Origin: an uncultured Candidatus Saccharimonadales bacterium
Lineage (GTDB): Bacteria > Patescibacteriota > Saccharimonadia > UBA4664
Assembly: GCA_964609585.1 (NCBI GenBank)
Contig: CAZSRA010000006.1
Coordinates: 3,184-67,183 of the forward strand
Reading direction: 5' to 3'
Length of the DNA: 64,000 bases
The notes under the pieces are model-generated. The model saw nothing but the letters and a program-made list of their open reading frames with translations, had not been told where the DNA came from and made no database searches. Shown here piece after piece: positions 10,361-18,789 of this stretch. Position numbers and translations under genes: made by a program. Every line of letters starts with the position of its first letter. The stretch's first letter is position 1.

Positions 10361-11431
10361 TTGACCGCCACCGATGACCTCCAGCAGAAGATAGCCGACT
10401 TAGCGGAGGCAGCGATCCGGGACCAGGTGTTTCCCGGCTGCCAAGTGGGTTATATTCGCGGGGGCGAGGCGGTGGTTTTGCCGTTCGGACGATTTGGGTA
10501 TGAGTCGGTGTCGCCCGTAGTGTCGGAGCGAACTGTGTATGATGTGGCGTCAATTACAAAGTCGGTCCCAACGAATTCGCTCATTTTGAAGTTAATCGAG
10601 GATGGCCGACTCGGGTTGGATGATAAAGCTGCCCGTTATTTACCGGAGATCCATAACGATTACCGCGAGCAAATTTTGGTCCGGCATTTGTTGACCTACA
10701 CCGTGATCTGGGATTTGCCTGCTGGCATGTCGACGGTGGCGAAGGAGACGCCGGATCGTTTGATCGAGACGTTGTTTGAAGGCAAGCTTAAGGCGGCACC
10801 GGGGAAGCAGTATTTTTATACAAACCCGCCAGCAATTCTTTTGGGTATGATCGCGGAGCGCGTCACTGGCCAGCCTCTCGATAAGCTGGCTAAGGAGGTG
10901 TTTTTTGGCCCGCTTAAGATGGAGCGGACAGATTTTGACGGCGGGATGTGGGATGCTCGTGAAGTAGCGCCCACGGCCAAGGATTTTCGGGGCTTGGTGC
11001 AGGGTCAACCTCACGACGAGACGGCTTGGGCACTTCGAAAGCAGGGAATCATTGCCGGACACGCCGGTTTATTTACGACTTCAGCAGATCTACTGAGGTT
11101 TGCGCAAATGCTCTTAAATAAGGGCGAGCTTGGGGGTCGGCGGTATTTTGAGCCCCGCACGGTTGCACAAATGCATACGAACCAGCTGGAAGGCATTGGA
11201 GAACGCACAGGACTGGGGTGGGAAATTAATTTGGGCGAGCTGCCGGCTAGTGTCCGAGATCATGGGGTTTTTGGAAAAACTGGTTTTACTGGCTGCGCCT
11301 TGATGATGGACCCGGTGGAGAAGGTGGCGATGGTTTATTTGTCGAACCGGACGTATCCGGAGCGGCCAGCTTCGCGGGAAGGGATTCAGGAGTTTCGGCG
11401 AGGGTTGGTTCGATTGGTGATGGGGAGCTAG
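10361..11431 (+). CDS. serine hydrolase of the beta-lactamase / penicillin-binding-protein (class C-like) family
   Basis: Active-site S-x-x-K (DVASITKSV), a YxN-like loop and HAGLFTTSADLLRF. Length fits the Beta-lactamase/transpeptidase fold. Confidence 0.7.
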   Translation: MTATDDLQQKIADLAEAAIRDQVFPGCQVGYIRGGEAVVLPFGRFGYESVSPVVSERTVYDVASITKSVPTNSLILKLIEDGRLGLDDKAARYLPEIHNDYREQILVRHLLTYTVIWDLPAGMSTVAKETPDRLIETLFEGKLKAAPGKQYFYTNPPAILLGMIAERVTGQPLDKLAKEVFFGPLKMERTDFDGGMWDAREVAPTAKDFRGLVQGQPHDETAWALRKQGIIAGHAGLFTTSADLLRFAQMLLNKGELGGRRYFEPRTVAQMHTNQLEGIGERTGLGWEINLGELPASVRDHGVFGKTGFTGCALMMDPVEKVAMVYLSNRTYPERPASREGIQEFRRGLVRLVMGS

Positions 11432-11644
11432 GAGGGCTCACTTGCTTGCCATCCTTTGGCTAGTCCAGTATTCCCCCATTTTGTTTGCTTCGATAAGAAA
11501 CGCCAATCTTGCCCACGAACTCGACCCTCTTACTGTTACATGGGTACGCTGGTTGTCGGGCGTGGGCCGTAATTAGCGTTTCTTATCTTCGCTCTACCTC
11601 TTGTTTTGTCTTGTCTAGTATTTTGCGGCAAGACACCTGTGTCG

Positions 11645-11854
11645 CTAGACCTGCACAGTTTGGAGCGACTGAGGGAGAGATTCGAAGGCGGCTAAAAGAC
11701 GCCGGAAAGAAGGGTCGATGAGCGAGGTGTGATCGAGAGGCTCGAGGCGAGCTACGGGCTTAGGGCCTGTCTCGACTGGTAGGTTGAATTTCATAGCGCC
11801 GCGCGCGGAAACGTACATGTGGCACTCAAATGTGTTAAACGCTAGCTGGTTCAT
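11645..11854 (-). CDS. small hypothetical protein translationally coupled to lexA
   Basis: 69 aa ORF whose ATG lies 9 nt after the lexA stop, after GGCGGA. No recognisable domain. Confidence 0.25.
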   Translation of the reverse strand: MNQLAFNTFECHMYVSARGAMKFNLPVETGPKPVARLEPLDHTSLIDPSFRRLLAAFESLPQSLQTVQV

Positions 11855-11863
11855 AAAATCCGC

Positions 11864-12484
11864 CTAATACTTTCGAATCAGCCCAATGACAACGCCTTGA
11901 ATCTCGATAGGGGTACCTGGCTCGATGATAATTGGCTCCATTGTGGAATTCGAAGGCTGGAGGCGGATGTGATTTTTCTCTTTGTAATAACGCTTGAGAG
12001 TAGCCTCGCCGCCATTAATGAGCGCAATTACCATTTCGCCATTGCTTGGCGTGGGTTTTTCGGTGACCACGACGTAATCGCCGGTGTGAATGCCTTCGTC
12101 GATCATGGAGTCACCTTTCACCTGCAGGACGTAGGAATTCTTGCGACCGACCATGAAGGCTGGGACCTCGAGAGTCTCGGCATGCGTACCGAGGGTTTCG
12201 ATGGGCTGACCCGCAGCGACAAGGCCGAGGATTGGTAAGTCAAATTGAGGCGTGGCATCGATGTGGTCAGCTTTAACGAGCTGAATAGAACGAGCCTCGT
12301 TGTCGCTCTTGGAGAGCATGCCTTTACCGACGAGCGATTCAATGTGCTCGGCCACGGTGGCAACTGAGCCATATTTGAAATAGGCGGCGATTTCGCGATA
12401 GCTCGGTGCGTAGCCATGGAGTTCGATGAACTGCGTGACATAGTCGAGAACTTCTTTTTGGCGTTTTGTAAGTGGCTCTGCCAT
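11864..12484 (-). CDS. lexA: LexA repressor (S24 peptidase)
   Basis: Winged-HTH N-terminus (KRQKEVLDYV...YAPSYREIA), Ala-Gly cleavage site VAAGQP, catalytic Ser in GDSM and Lys in ATLKRY. Confidence 0.9.
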   Translation of the reverse strand: MAEPLTKRQKEVLDYVTQFIELHGYAPSYREIAAYFKYGSVATVAEHIESLVGKGMLSKSDNEARSIQLVKADHIDATPQFDLPILGLVAAGQPIETLGTHAETLEVPAFMVGRKNSYVLQVKGDSMIDEGIHTGDYVVVTEKPTPSNGEMVIALINGGEATLKRYYKEKNHIRLQPSNSTMEPIIIEPGTPIEIQGVVIGLIRKY

Positions 12485-12513
12485 TTTTGACCCTCCCAGG
12501 CTTAACTGGTTTC

Positions 12514-12542
12514 ATTGTACCGAACAAAAGCCGTAGAGTCAA
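12514..12542 (-). promoter_or_regulatory. sigma70-type promoter of lexA, with a candidate operator overlapping the -10
   Basis: On the lexA-sense strand: TTGACT, 17 nt spacer, TACAAT. GGGAGGG RBS and the ATG follow. The imperfect palindrome GTTCGGTACAATGAAAC overlaps the -10. Confidence 0.5.
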
Positions 12543-12558
12543 TAGAGAGGTGAAATTA

Positions 12559-14352
12559 TTAATTAAATTGCTTAGTAATGGGGAAATTCGTGCTGGGCTG
12601 ATAGTAGGTTTGGAAGGTATCGGTTTTTGTGACATTGCCGGCAAGGTCAAGAATGTCGCGATAGAAAACGGTGTGGGAAGGCTGCTTGGCATCGCTGGAC
12701 CCGGAGACAAACTGCGGGCCGCGAATGGCTCCGGTCTTGGTTTTGGTGCCGAAGAAGTCAAATTTCAGGTCAACCCCGTTCATAACGGTTTGGATGAGGA
12801 TGTAGTGGCCGGTGTCGTTGGTGAACTTAAAATCGACTTGGGGATAGTAGATGGTGGCGTCAACGCCGGGCACACCGTAGGGCCAAGTGTAATAGCTGAT
12901 GGCAAAAGCATGGTTTACACGTTCATTGATAGGCAATCCAGCTAAAAGTGCGGCGCGGAAAGCGGTGGTGGAGACTTGGCAAAGACCGCCGCCGTATTGG
13001 TACTCTTCATGGTCACCAATGATAACGAGCTCAGGTACATAACCGGTTTCGGGGCCCACGCTACCGAGCAGAGCACCAAATGAGAAGACTTGGCCGGGCT
13101 TGAGGAGGACACCGTTGAATTTGGAGGCACCGGAGCGAACATTGGTAAGACGGGTGCTGGGTGAGCCAGGGAAATAGGTTTCGCCTTCCGAGAGCTGGTC
13201 GGTAATTCCTAGTGAGCTGAGATTGTTTTCGTTCACGTCGGCTTGGGTGATGTCGAGCTTGAGAGCGACTTCACGGTCGGTTGCTGGGCGGCTGAGGCTT
13301 TTGGTGATGGAATTTACCGCATCGGTTTGGTCGAGTTTGATGCCGGTGCGGCTGGGCTGGATGACGGTGAGTTGGCCGTTTTGCATGTCGAGGGCGGCAT
13401 TTACTGGCGTTTGGTCAATGTTGCCCGCGAGGCCAGCAACGTATTTGGCGACAGCGGTTTTGTCGAGATTAACATCGGCAGAAGGCGGCGGTGGGTAGAG
13501 CCCCTCGAGGTTGAGTGTGGTGAGAAAGGGTTTAACGGGTTTGGAACCAACTTGAATCCAGGAAATGATGGTTTTTTGGTCAACGGTAAGCTCGGTACCG
13601 GAATACGACAGAGAAATAGGGCCGGCAAGATAGCCGCCCAATTGATTGGTGACGGCACTGAGCGAGTCGGTGCCGAGCATGGGTACCAACTGGTAAACGG
13701 GCGCCCGAACTGGGTCGATAGACATTTGCGACAAACGGCCTGAGACGAGACTGGTGAGCTGACCAAGGTCGAGGCGGGTGCCGGATTTGGCGGGGTTAAC
13801 GATGGGACGGCCAGAATCGAAGCTAAGGCTAGCATCCGAGACGGGAGTGATGAGGTCGTCGGCTAATTGTGTAATATAGGGCACAAGATGGGCGTCATCG
13901 TAGCTGTAGACGGCGAAATTGGTGTCGCGGCCGAGGAGGGTTCGGAGTTGGCGGCGAGCTTTGTCTAGCCAACTCCCCTGCCGGCCATATTCGAAGGCAA
14001 GGTCGGTGGCGCGGGTGGTGTCATAGGTGACATTTAGGCTAGCCACCGGGATACGCAGGTTGGTGTCACCGTTGGAGATGGTGACAACTTGGCCAGAGAA
14101 ATCGGTGATTTTGCCGGCAAGACGAGCTTTAGCGGCCGAGCGGGACAGGCCACCAATATCAATACCGTCGGCCATGATGCCAGGGAAAATTTTGCCAGCG
14201 TAGACGATTTCAAAACTTGAAACTAAGAGGACGGCCAGAACGAACATTACGCCAAAGGAGCGCAGCCATAGTGGAGCGCGTTCCCAAGTGGAGGCATCGG
14301 CCTCAATTTCGGTTGGCTCATCTTCAACTGGCGCGGGCTTTGATTTTGCCAT
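12559..14352 (-). CDS. VanW-family protein
   Basis: N-terminal TM helix, central beta-rich region, and C-terminal VanW signature YVPELVIIGDHEEYQYGGGLCQVSTTAFRAALLAGLPINERVNHAFAISYYT. Confidence 0.75.
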   Translation of the reverse strand: MAKSKPAPVEDEPTEIEADASTWERAPLWLRSFGVMFVLAVLLVSSFEIVYAGKIFPGIMADGIDIGGLSRSAAKARLAGKITDFSGQVVTISNGDTNLRIPVASLNVTYDTTRATDLAFEYGRQGSWLDKARRQLRTLLGRDTNFAVYSYDDAHLVPYITQLADDLITPVSDASLSFDSGRPIVNPAKSGTRLDLGQLTSLVSGRLSQMSIDPVRAPVYQLVPMLGTDSLSAVTNQLGGYLAGPISLSYSGTELTVDQKTIISWIQVGSKPVKPFLTTLNLEGLYPPPPSADVNLDKTAVAKYVAGLAGNIDQTPVNAALDMQNGQLTVIQPSRTGIKLDQTDAVNSITKSLSRPATDREVALKLDITQADVNENNLSSLGITDQLSEGETYFPGSPSTRLTNVRSGASKFNGVLLKPGQVFSFGALLGSVGPETGYVPELVIIGDHEEYQYGGGLCQVSTTAFRAALLAGLPINERVNHAFAISYYTWPYGVPGVDATIYYPQVDFKFTNDTGHYILIQTVMNGVDLKFDFFGTKTKTGAIRGPQFVSGSSDAKQPSHTVFYRDILDLAGNVTKTDTFQTYYQPSTNFPITKQFN

Positions 14353-14365
14353 ATGGCAGTATTAT

Positions 14366-14394
14366 GGCACATTTGCAGGCTAGACGGGTATAAT
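14366..14394 (+). promoter_or_regulatory. candidate promoter for aclB
   Basis: GGCACA, 17 nt spacer, then perfect -10 TATAAT at 14389..14394, about 25 nt upstream of ATG 14417. Confidence 0.35.
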
Positions 14395-14416
14395 CGATGA
14401 ATAATGAGTGTGTACT

Positions 14417-15607
14417 ATGCCGCGCAAGAAGATCTCCGAGTTTAGGGCCAAGACGATTTTGGCGAATGTTTTGGGTTTGGATTATGCGGGGGTGACATTG
14501 GACACATCTGGTGACTGGCGAGCGGATGTAGCGATGCTTGATGAGCATAAGCGCTATGTCGTGAAAGTGGACCAAGGAGTGAAGGGCCGCTTTAAGAAGG
14601 GTTTGGTGAAACTGGGACGAACGAAGGATGAGGTCACTGCAGATGTGGAGGCCATGGCTGCCCTGGGTTTTGAGCATGCACTGATAGAGGAAGAGCTGGA
14701 ACATCCGGCAGAAGCTGAGCGGTATTTGGCATTTGAAAGGTTGCGGGTAGGTAATGTAATGAGCTTTTCGGCCCGTGGTGGGGTAAATGTGGAGGATGCG
14801 CCCGAGGAGATTCGGCGAGCACCTTTTACGCAAGAAGTGGCGGAACGGGCGGCAGAAGCGTTGGGCCTGCCGGCTAAGGCTTTGGTGAAACTGGCACAGG
14901 CTTTTGACGATAATTATTTCTCGTTTTTGGAAGTGAATCCGCTTGTGGTCGTGGACGGGGCAGCTCGTTTGCTAGATGCCGCGGTAGAGGTGGACTCGGA
15001 GGCGGGATTCCTGGTGGACGGGCGATGGACGCCGGCGGATTTTCGGGTGTATGAGGCCTCGGCGCGGCTGCCGCAGATGGTGGCAGTGGAAGAGCTCGCT
15101 GCTCAGAGCCAAGCGTCGTTTCGGCTGGCGGTTTTGAATGCTAATGGGAGCATTTTCCTGCTGCTGTCGGGCGGCGGGGCGAGTGTGGTGCTGGCGGATG
15201 AGGTATTTAACCAGGGGCTGGGCCGAGAGCTGGGAAATTACGGCGAGTATAGCGGGAATCCAAATACGGAAGAGACGGTGATTTATACGCGGCAGGTGAT
15301 TTCGCTTATGCTGGACTCTACGGCTAAGCACAAGGTGTTGGTGATTGCCGGTGGAGTGGCGAATTTTACGGATGTGCGGGCAACATTTAAGGGCGTGATC
15401 GTGGCACTAGATGAAGCCAAGGAAGCCATGCGTGCACAGGGAATTAAGGTATATGTACGGCGCGGTGGGCCGTTCGAAGCGGAAGGGCTTGAGATGATGC
15501 GAAAATTCTTGGAGAGCGAGGGGTTACTGGGTGAGGTAGCTGGTCCGGAAATGATGTTGTCTGAGATTATTCCACGGGCTGTGGCGGGGCTGGAGGGGGC
15601 ATCGTGA
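14417..15607 (+). CDS. aclB: ATP-citrate lyase small (beta) subunit-like, ATP-grasp
   Basis: Long blocks shared with the human ACLY N-terminal half: YLEINPLVV, LNANGSIFLLLSGGGASVVLADE, GNYGEYSGNPNTEETV, IAGGVANFTDVRATFKGVIVAL, VRRGGPFEAEGL. Start set at the ATG giving MPRKKISEF (compare ACLY MSAKAISEQ). Confidence 0.8.
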   Translation: MPRKKISEFRAKTILANVLGLDYAGVTLDTSGDWRADVAMLDEHKRYVVKVDQGVKGRFKKGLVKLGRTKDEVTADVEAMAALGFEHALIEEELEHPAEAERYLAFERLRVGNVMSFSARGGVNVEDAPEEIRRAPFTQEVAERAAEALGLPAKALVKLAQAFDDNYFSFLEVNPLVVVDGAARLLDAAVEVDSEAGFLVDGRWTPADFRVYEASARLPQMVAVEELAAQSQASFRLAVLNANGSIFLLLSGGGASVVLADEVFNQGLGRELGNYGEYSGNPNTEETVIYTRQVISLMLDSTAKHKVLVIAGGVANFTDVRATFKGVIVALDEAKEAMRAQGIKVYVRRGGPFEAEGLEMMRKFLESEGLLGEVAGPEMMLSEIIPRAVAGLEGAS

Positions 15608-17412
15608 GTAGCTTCGATATTGCAGCTTTGCGAAAGCTTGATCCGAAGATTGTGGCTTTGGGTAGCTCAAAAGGGATTATTCAGTCGATCTTGGACTTTG
15701 ACTTTTTGGCGGGGCGAGAGCGCCCGTCGATTGTGGCAATTGTGGCAACAGGGCGTAAAAGCGAGCGGTATTTTTTTGGGCCGCACGAGGTGGTGGTGCC
15801 AGTGTTTGGTTCGGTAGAGGGACTGCCGGAGAGATTGCGAGCGAGTATTAATTTGTTTTTGAACTTGTCTTCGGGGCGACGGGTGCTAGCATCTTCGACA
15901 CTGGCCATGAAGCATCTGCCGAAGCTGGTAGGCGGAGTGGTGTTTGCAGAAGGATTGCCAGAGCGGCATGCGATTGAGCTAGCGCGGGCGGCTGAGACGG
16001 CGGGCGTGTGGCTGGCCGGTGGTGCGAGCGTGGGGGTGGTGGTGCCGGGCGTGGTGAAGCTCGGGCCGATTGGGGGCGTGCAGGCGCCGCAGTTGGTGAA
16101 ATCGAAGCTATTTACGCCGGGAACGGTCGCCGTGGTGAGCTCCAGCGGAGGTATGGTGAGCGAGCTGATTCGGATGGTGGCGACTACGGGGCATGCTCTG
16201 AGTTTTTCGGTGGCAGTGGGTGGCGAACGGTTTCCGCTGAGCTCGCCACAGGAGGTATTTGCGGCGGCGGAGGCGGACTCTGAGACGACCTCGATTGTGT
16301 ACTTTGGTGAGCTGGGTGGGCATGATGAATATGAGCTGGCGGAGATGATTGCTAGTGGTGCGGTGACGAAGCCGGTAGTGGCCTACATTGCGGGGTCGGT
16401 GGCGGAATTGTTTGAGTCGCCGCCGCAATTTGGGCACGCCAAGGCCATGGCGGCTTCGCAGGACGAGTCGGCGCGAGCAAAGGCAGATGCACTGCGGGTG
16501 GCCGGAGCGATGAGCGCTACGACGTTTACCGAGTTTGTGGAGTTTGTACGAGCGTTGCCGGGAGATGTGGAGGCGGCGGGGATGGACGCGAGCCTGCGCG
16601 CGATGGCCGGGCGCAAACAGGCGCTGATGGCCAGCTCAGTGTCGTACGACGACGGCGAGGGCGAAGTGCAGGTGTTGGATCAGAGCTTGCTGGCGCTAGC
16701 CGATAATAACTCGTTTGCCAAGATTGTGATCTCGATGTTTTTGGGCCGAGAGACGCATTCGGTGGAGCTGGAGGGGTTTGTGGATTACGTACTGCGGCTG
16801 CTTGTGGATCACGGGCCGTATGTCTCCGGAGCAGTGAATACGATTGTGACCGCGAGGGCAGGTAAAGATTTGGTAAGTTCGCTAGCCGCGGGGCTTCTGA
16901 CGATCGGCCCGCGATTTGGCGGAGCTGTGAATGAGGCTGCTGGGATTTGGCTTGAGGGCGTACGGAGTGGCGAGGAGCCAGGAGCGCTCGTGGAAACGTA
17001 TGCGGCGCAAAAACGGTACATTTCGGGCATTGGACACCGCAAATATCGCATCGATTCCCCCGACCCCCGGGTAGCCAGATTGCTAGAGTTTACGAGCGGC
17101 TTGAGTGAAGCCAGGTTTACGACTTTTGCGCGGGGAGTAGAGGCGGAAACGACGCGCAAGAAGGGTAATTTGATCTTGAACGTGGACGGCGCGATGGCGG
17201 CGGTGTTGCTAGATTTGCTGACGGAACGCGAAGGTTATAGCGTGGATGAGTTGCAGGCACTGGTGAATGTAGAATTTTTTAACTCTTTGTTTGTACTGTC
17301 GCGGTCGGTTGGGTTTATGGCGCACTATTTTGATCAGGTGAGGTTGGATGAGGGGATTTTCCGGCTGAGCCCGGCGCATGTGACGCGAGTACGGACGATG
17401 AGCGAGAATTAA
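15604..17412 (+). CDS. aclA: ATP-citrate lyase large (alpha) subunit-like: CoA-binding, phosphohistidine and citrate-synthase-like domains
   Basis: Phosphohistidine loop PQFGHAKAMAASQDESARAKADALRVAGA matches ACLY [28 protein letters not shown]. C-terminal NLILNVDGAMAAVLLDL...FFNSLFVLSRSVGFMAHYFDQVRLDEG matches the ACLY citryl-CoA lyase domain. ATGA overlap with aclB. Confidence 0.85.
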   Translation: MSSFDIAALRKLDPKIVALGSSKGIIQSILDFDFLAGRERPSIVAIVATGRKSERYFFGPHEVVVPVFGSVEGLPERLRASINLFLNLSSGRRVLASSTLAMKHLPKLVGGVVFAEGLPERHAIELARAAETAGVWLAGGASVGVVVPGVVKLGPIGGVQAPQLVKSKLFTPGTVAVVSSSGGMVSELIRMVATTGHALSFSVAVGGERFPLSSPQEVFAAAEADSETTSIVYFGELGGHDEYELAEMIASGAVTKPVVAYIAGSVAELFESPPQFGHAKAMAASQDESARAKADALRVAGAMSATTFTEFVEFVRALPGDVEAAGMDASLRAMAGRKQALMASSVSYDDGEGEVQVLDQSLLALADNNSFAKIVISMFLGRETHSVELEGFVDYVLRLLVDHGPYVSGAVNTIVTARAGKDLVSSLAAGLLTIGPRFGGAVNEAAGIWLEGVRSGEEPGALVETYAAQKRYISGIGHRKYRIDSPDPRVARLLEFTSGLSEARFTTFARGVEAETTRKKGNLILNVDGAMAAVLLDLLTEREGYSVDELQALVNVEFFNSLFVLSRSVGFMAHYFDQVRLDEGIFRLSPAHVTRVRTMSEN

Positions 17413-17686
17413 TTCTGGCGATTATGAGCAAAGCCAATGCTTGTGCTTGAAAGTGGAGCGATTAGGCTGCGAAGATGGTCGCCCAGATACTTGCGAGGAT
17501 TTCGACCGGTTTCAGTGTCAGCGAAGCCGAGGAAAAAGGAGCTGTGATATTGTAATAATATGTACTCCTCAAAATCTAAGGTCTTCTTATTTTCCTAAAA
17601 AGTGCTGAAAAACCGAACAAGAAGTGAACAAAATGCACAGTGATATTTACGATACGAAATCCTATATTTAATCTGAGGATAAAGTC

Positions 17687-18178
17687 ATGACCGATTGGTT
17701 AAAAAGTCAACGGAAGGCTGCTCATCTTCTTGAGAAGTATGACGTAACCGAACCACCCGTAAACGCCTTTCAGCTAGCAGCCGATGAGGGTATTGAGATT
17801 GTCTTTTTTAGCCCGACCACCCCGGAGGAAAAAGAAGTATCAGGCCTGCTCGATGCTGCAACAAAAAAGATTTATTTAAATGTTGAAGAGTTGCCCGAGC
17901 GCCAGACCTTTACTATCGCTCACGAGCTAGGACACCTAGAGCTAGAGCACGAGCCCAACGAATACGGTGCCTATAAGCGGAATGCCTTATGGGAAGAGGA
18001 AGGAAAGCCCGATGCCGAAAAAGAGGCAGATAAATTTGCTTCTGAATTGTTGATGCCAAAAAAACTGATCAACGATACCATGAAAAAGTATGGCCTTACT
18101 AAGTCGGATGCAGGCGACTTAGCGAAGATATTTGGCGTGTCCGTTTCCGCGATGAAATATAGATTAAAGAACATTTAA
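17687..18178 (+). CDS. ImmA/IrrE-family zinc metallopeptidase (DUF955/COG2856)
   Basis: HEXXH in FTIAHELGHLELEHE near the middle of a 163 aa protein. The N-terminal region fits the ImmA pattern (PVNAFQLAADEGIEIVFF...KKIYLNVEELPERQ). Local GC is well below the window average. Confidence 0.75.
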   Translation: MTDWLKSQRKAAHLLEKYDVTEPPVNAFQLAADEGIEIVFFSPTTPEEKEVSGLLDAATKKIYLNVEELPERQTFTIAHELGHLELEHEPNEYGAYKRNALWEEEGKPDAEKEADKFASELLMPKKLINDTMKKYGLTKSDAGDLAKIFGVSVSAMKYRLKNI

Positions 18179-18181
18179 TTT

Positions 18182-18568
18182 ATGATGACACCCCAAGAAC
18201 GACAGGCTGAACTGCGCGCGTTACTTGGTTCAGTTCGCGCTGCTCCTGAATCGGCTGCGAGAGTGCGGGAGGCTAGTAATGACATCGATACCGAGGCTCT
18301 TCATCGCAAGCAAGACCTAAGCGTCAGACAAGAAAAACAAGCACTCCGCAGGAAATGGGATAAAATGCTTGGCCGGCTAGTTATTGCTGGTTTTTTTATT
18401 AGCTACGGCCTCATTACATTAATTGGTTTGGGGTGGCTAAAATTTGATGCGGGTCCATTTGCGGTGCCAACTGTTGTTGCTGCCGCCATCCTTCAGACCT
18501 ATGGGTTGGCCAAGTTAGCAGTGAAGTTCATATTCAGCGAAGACCCTGAGCGCCCCAAGAAACGCTAA
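18182..18568 (+). CDS. coiled-coil plus two-TM membrane protein of unknown function, in an operon with the ImmA-like gene
   Basis: 3 nt gap after the upstream stop. Charged helical N-terminus (QERQAELRALL...RQEKQALRRKWDKM), then two hydrophobic helices (LVIAGFFISYGLITLIGLGWL; AVPTVVAAAILQTYGLAKLAV). Confidence 0.45.
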   Translation: MMTPQERQAELRALLGSVRAAPESAARVREASNDIDTEALHRKQDLSVRQEKQALRRKWDKMLGRLVIAGFFISYGLITLIGLGWLKFDAGPFAVPTVVAAAILQTYGLAKLAVKFIFSEDPERPKKR

Positions 18569-18789
18569 CTGGCTAAAGGTCTCGAATCCGCTACTTTTAA
18601 AATTTTTGATCGCAGAGGCTTTCCTAATCCCATAAATTCAGGGGCGTACGGTTGCGAAGCTAGTCCTAAAATGACATCACCATGAGACCGTGCCGGTCGG
18701 ACAGATGCAGTCTTCATCATTTACACACTCAGAACCCAATTATCTACGGGGTTACTTTTAGGAGAGTTTAAAGCAATCAATTTTTATCA

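Noticed and set aside
11432-11644. Candidate structured ncRNA (tmRNA/SRP/6S) in the long intergenic region downstream of the lexA operon
   Set aside because: No conserved tmRNA, 4.5S or RNase P motifs were recognisable by eye. It is more simply a 3' UTR of convergent genes. It is left as a note under the lexA finding.
18573-18592. tRNA T-arm-like sequence GGTCTCGAATCC just after the two-TM gene, and a similar inverted GGATTTCGACC near 17500, as possible att-site remnants of the low-GC islet
   Set aside because: No full cloverleaf could be folded and the two elements are not identical. Too weak to call an attachment site or tRNA fragment.
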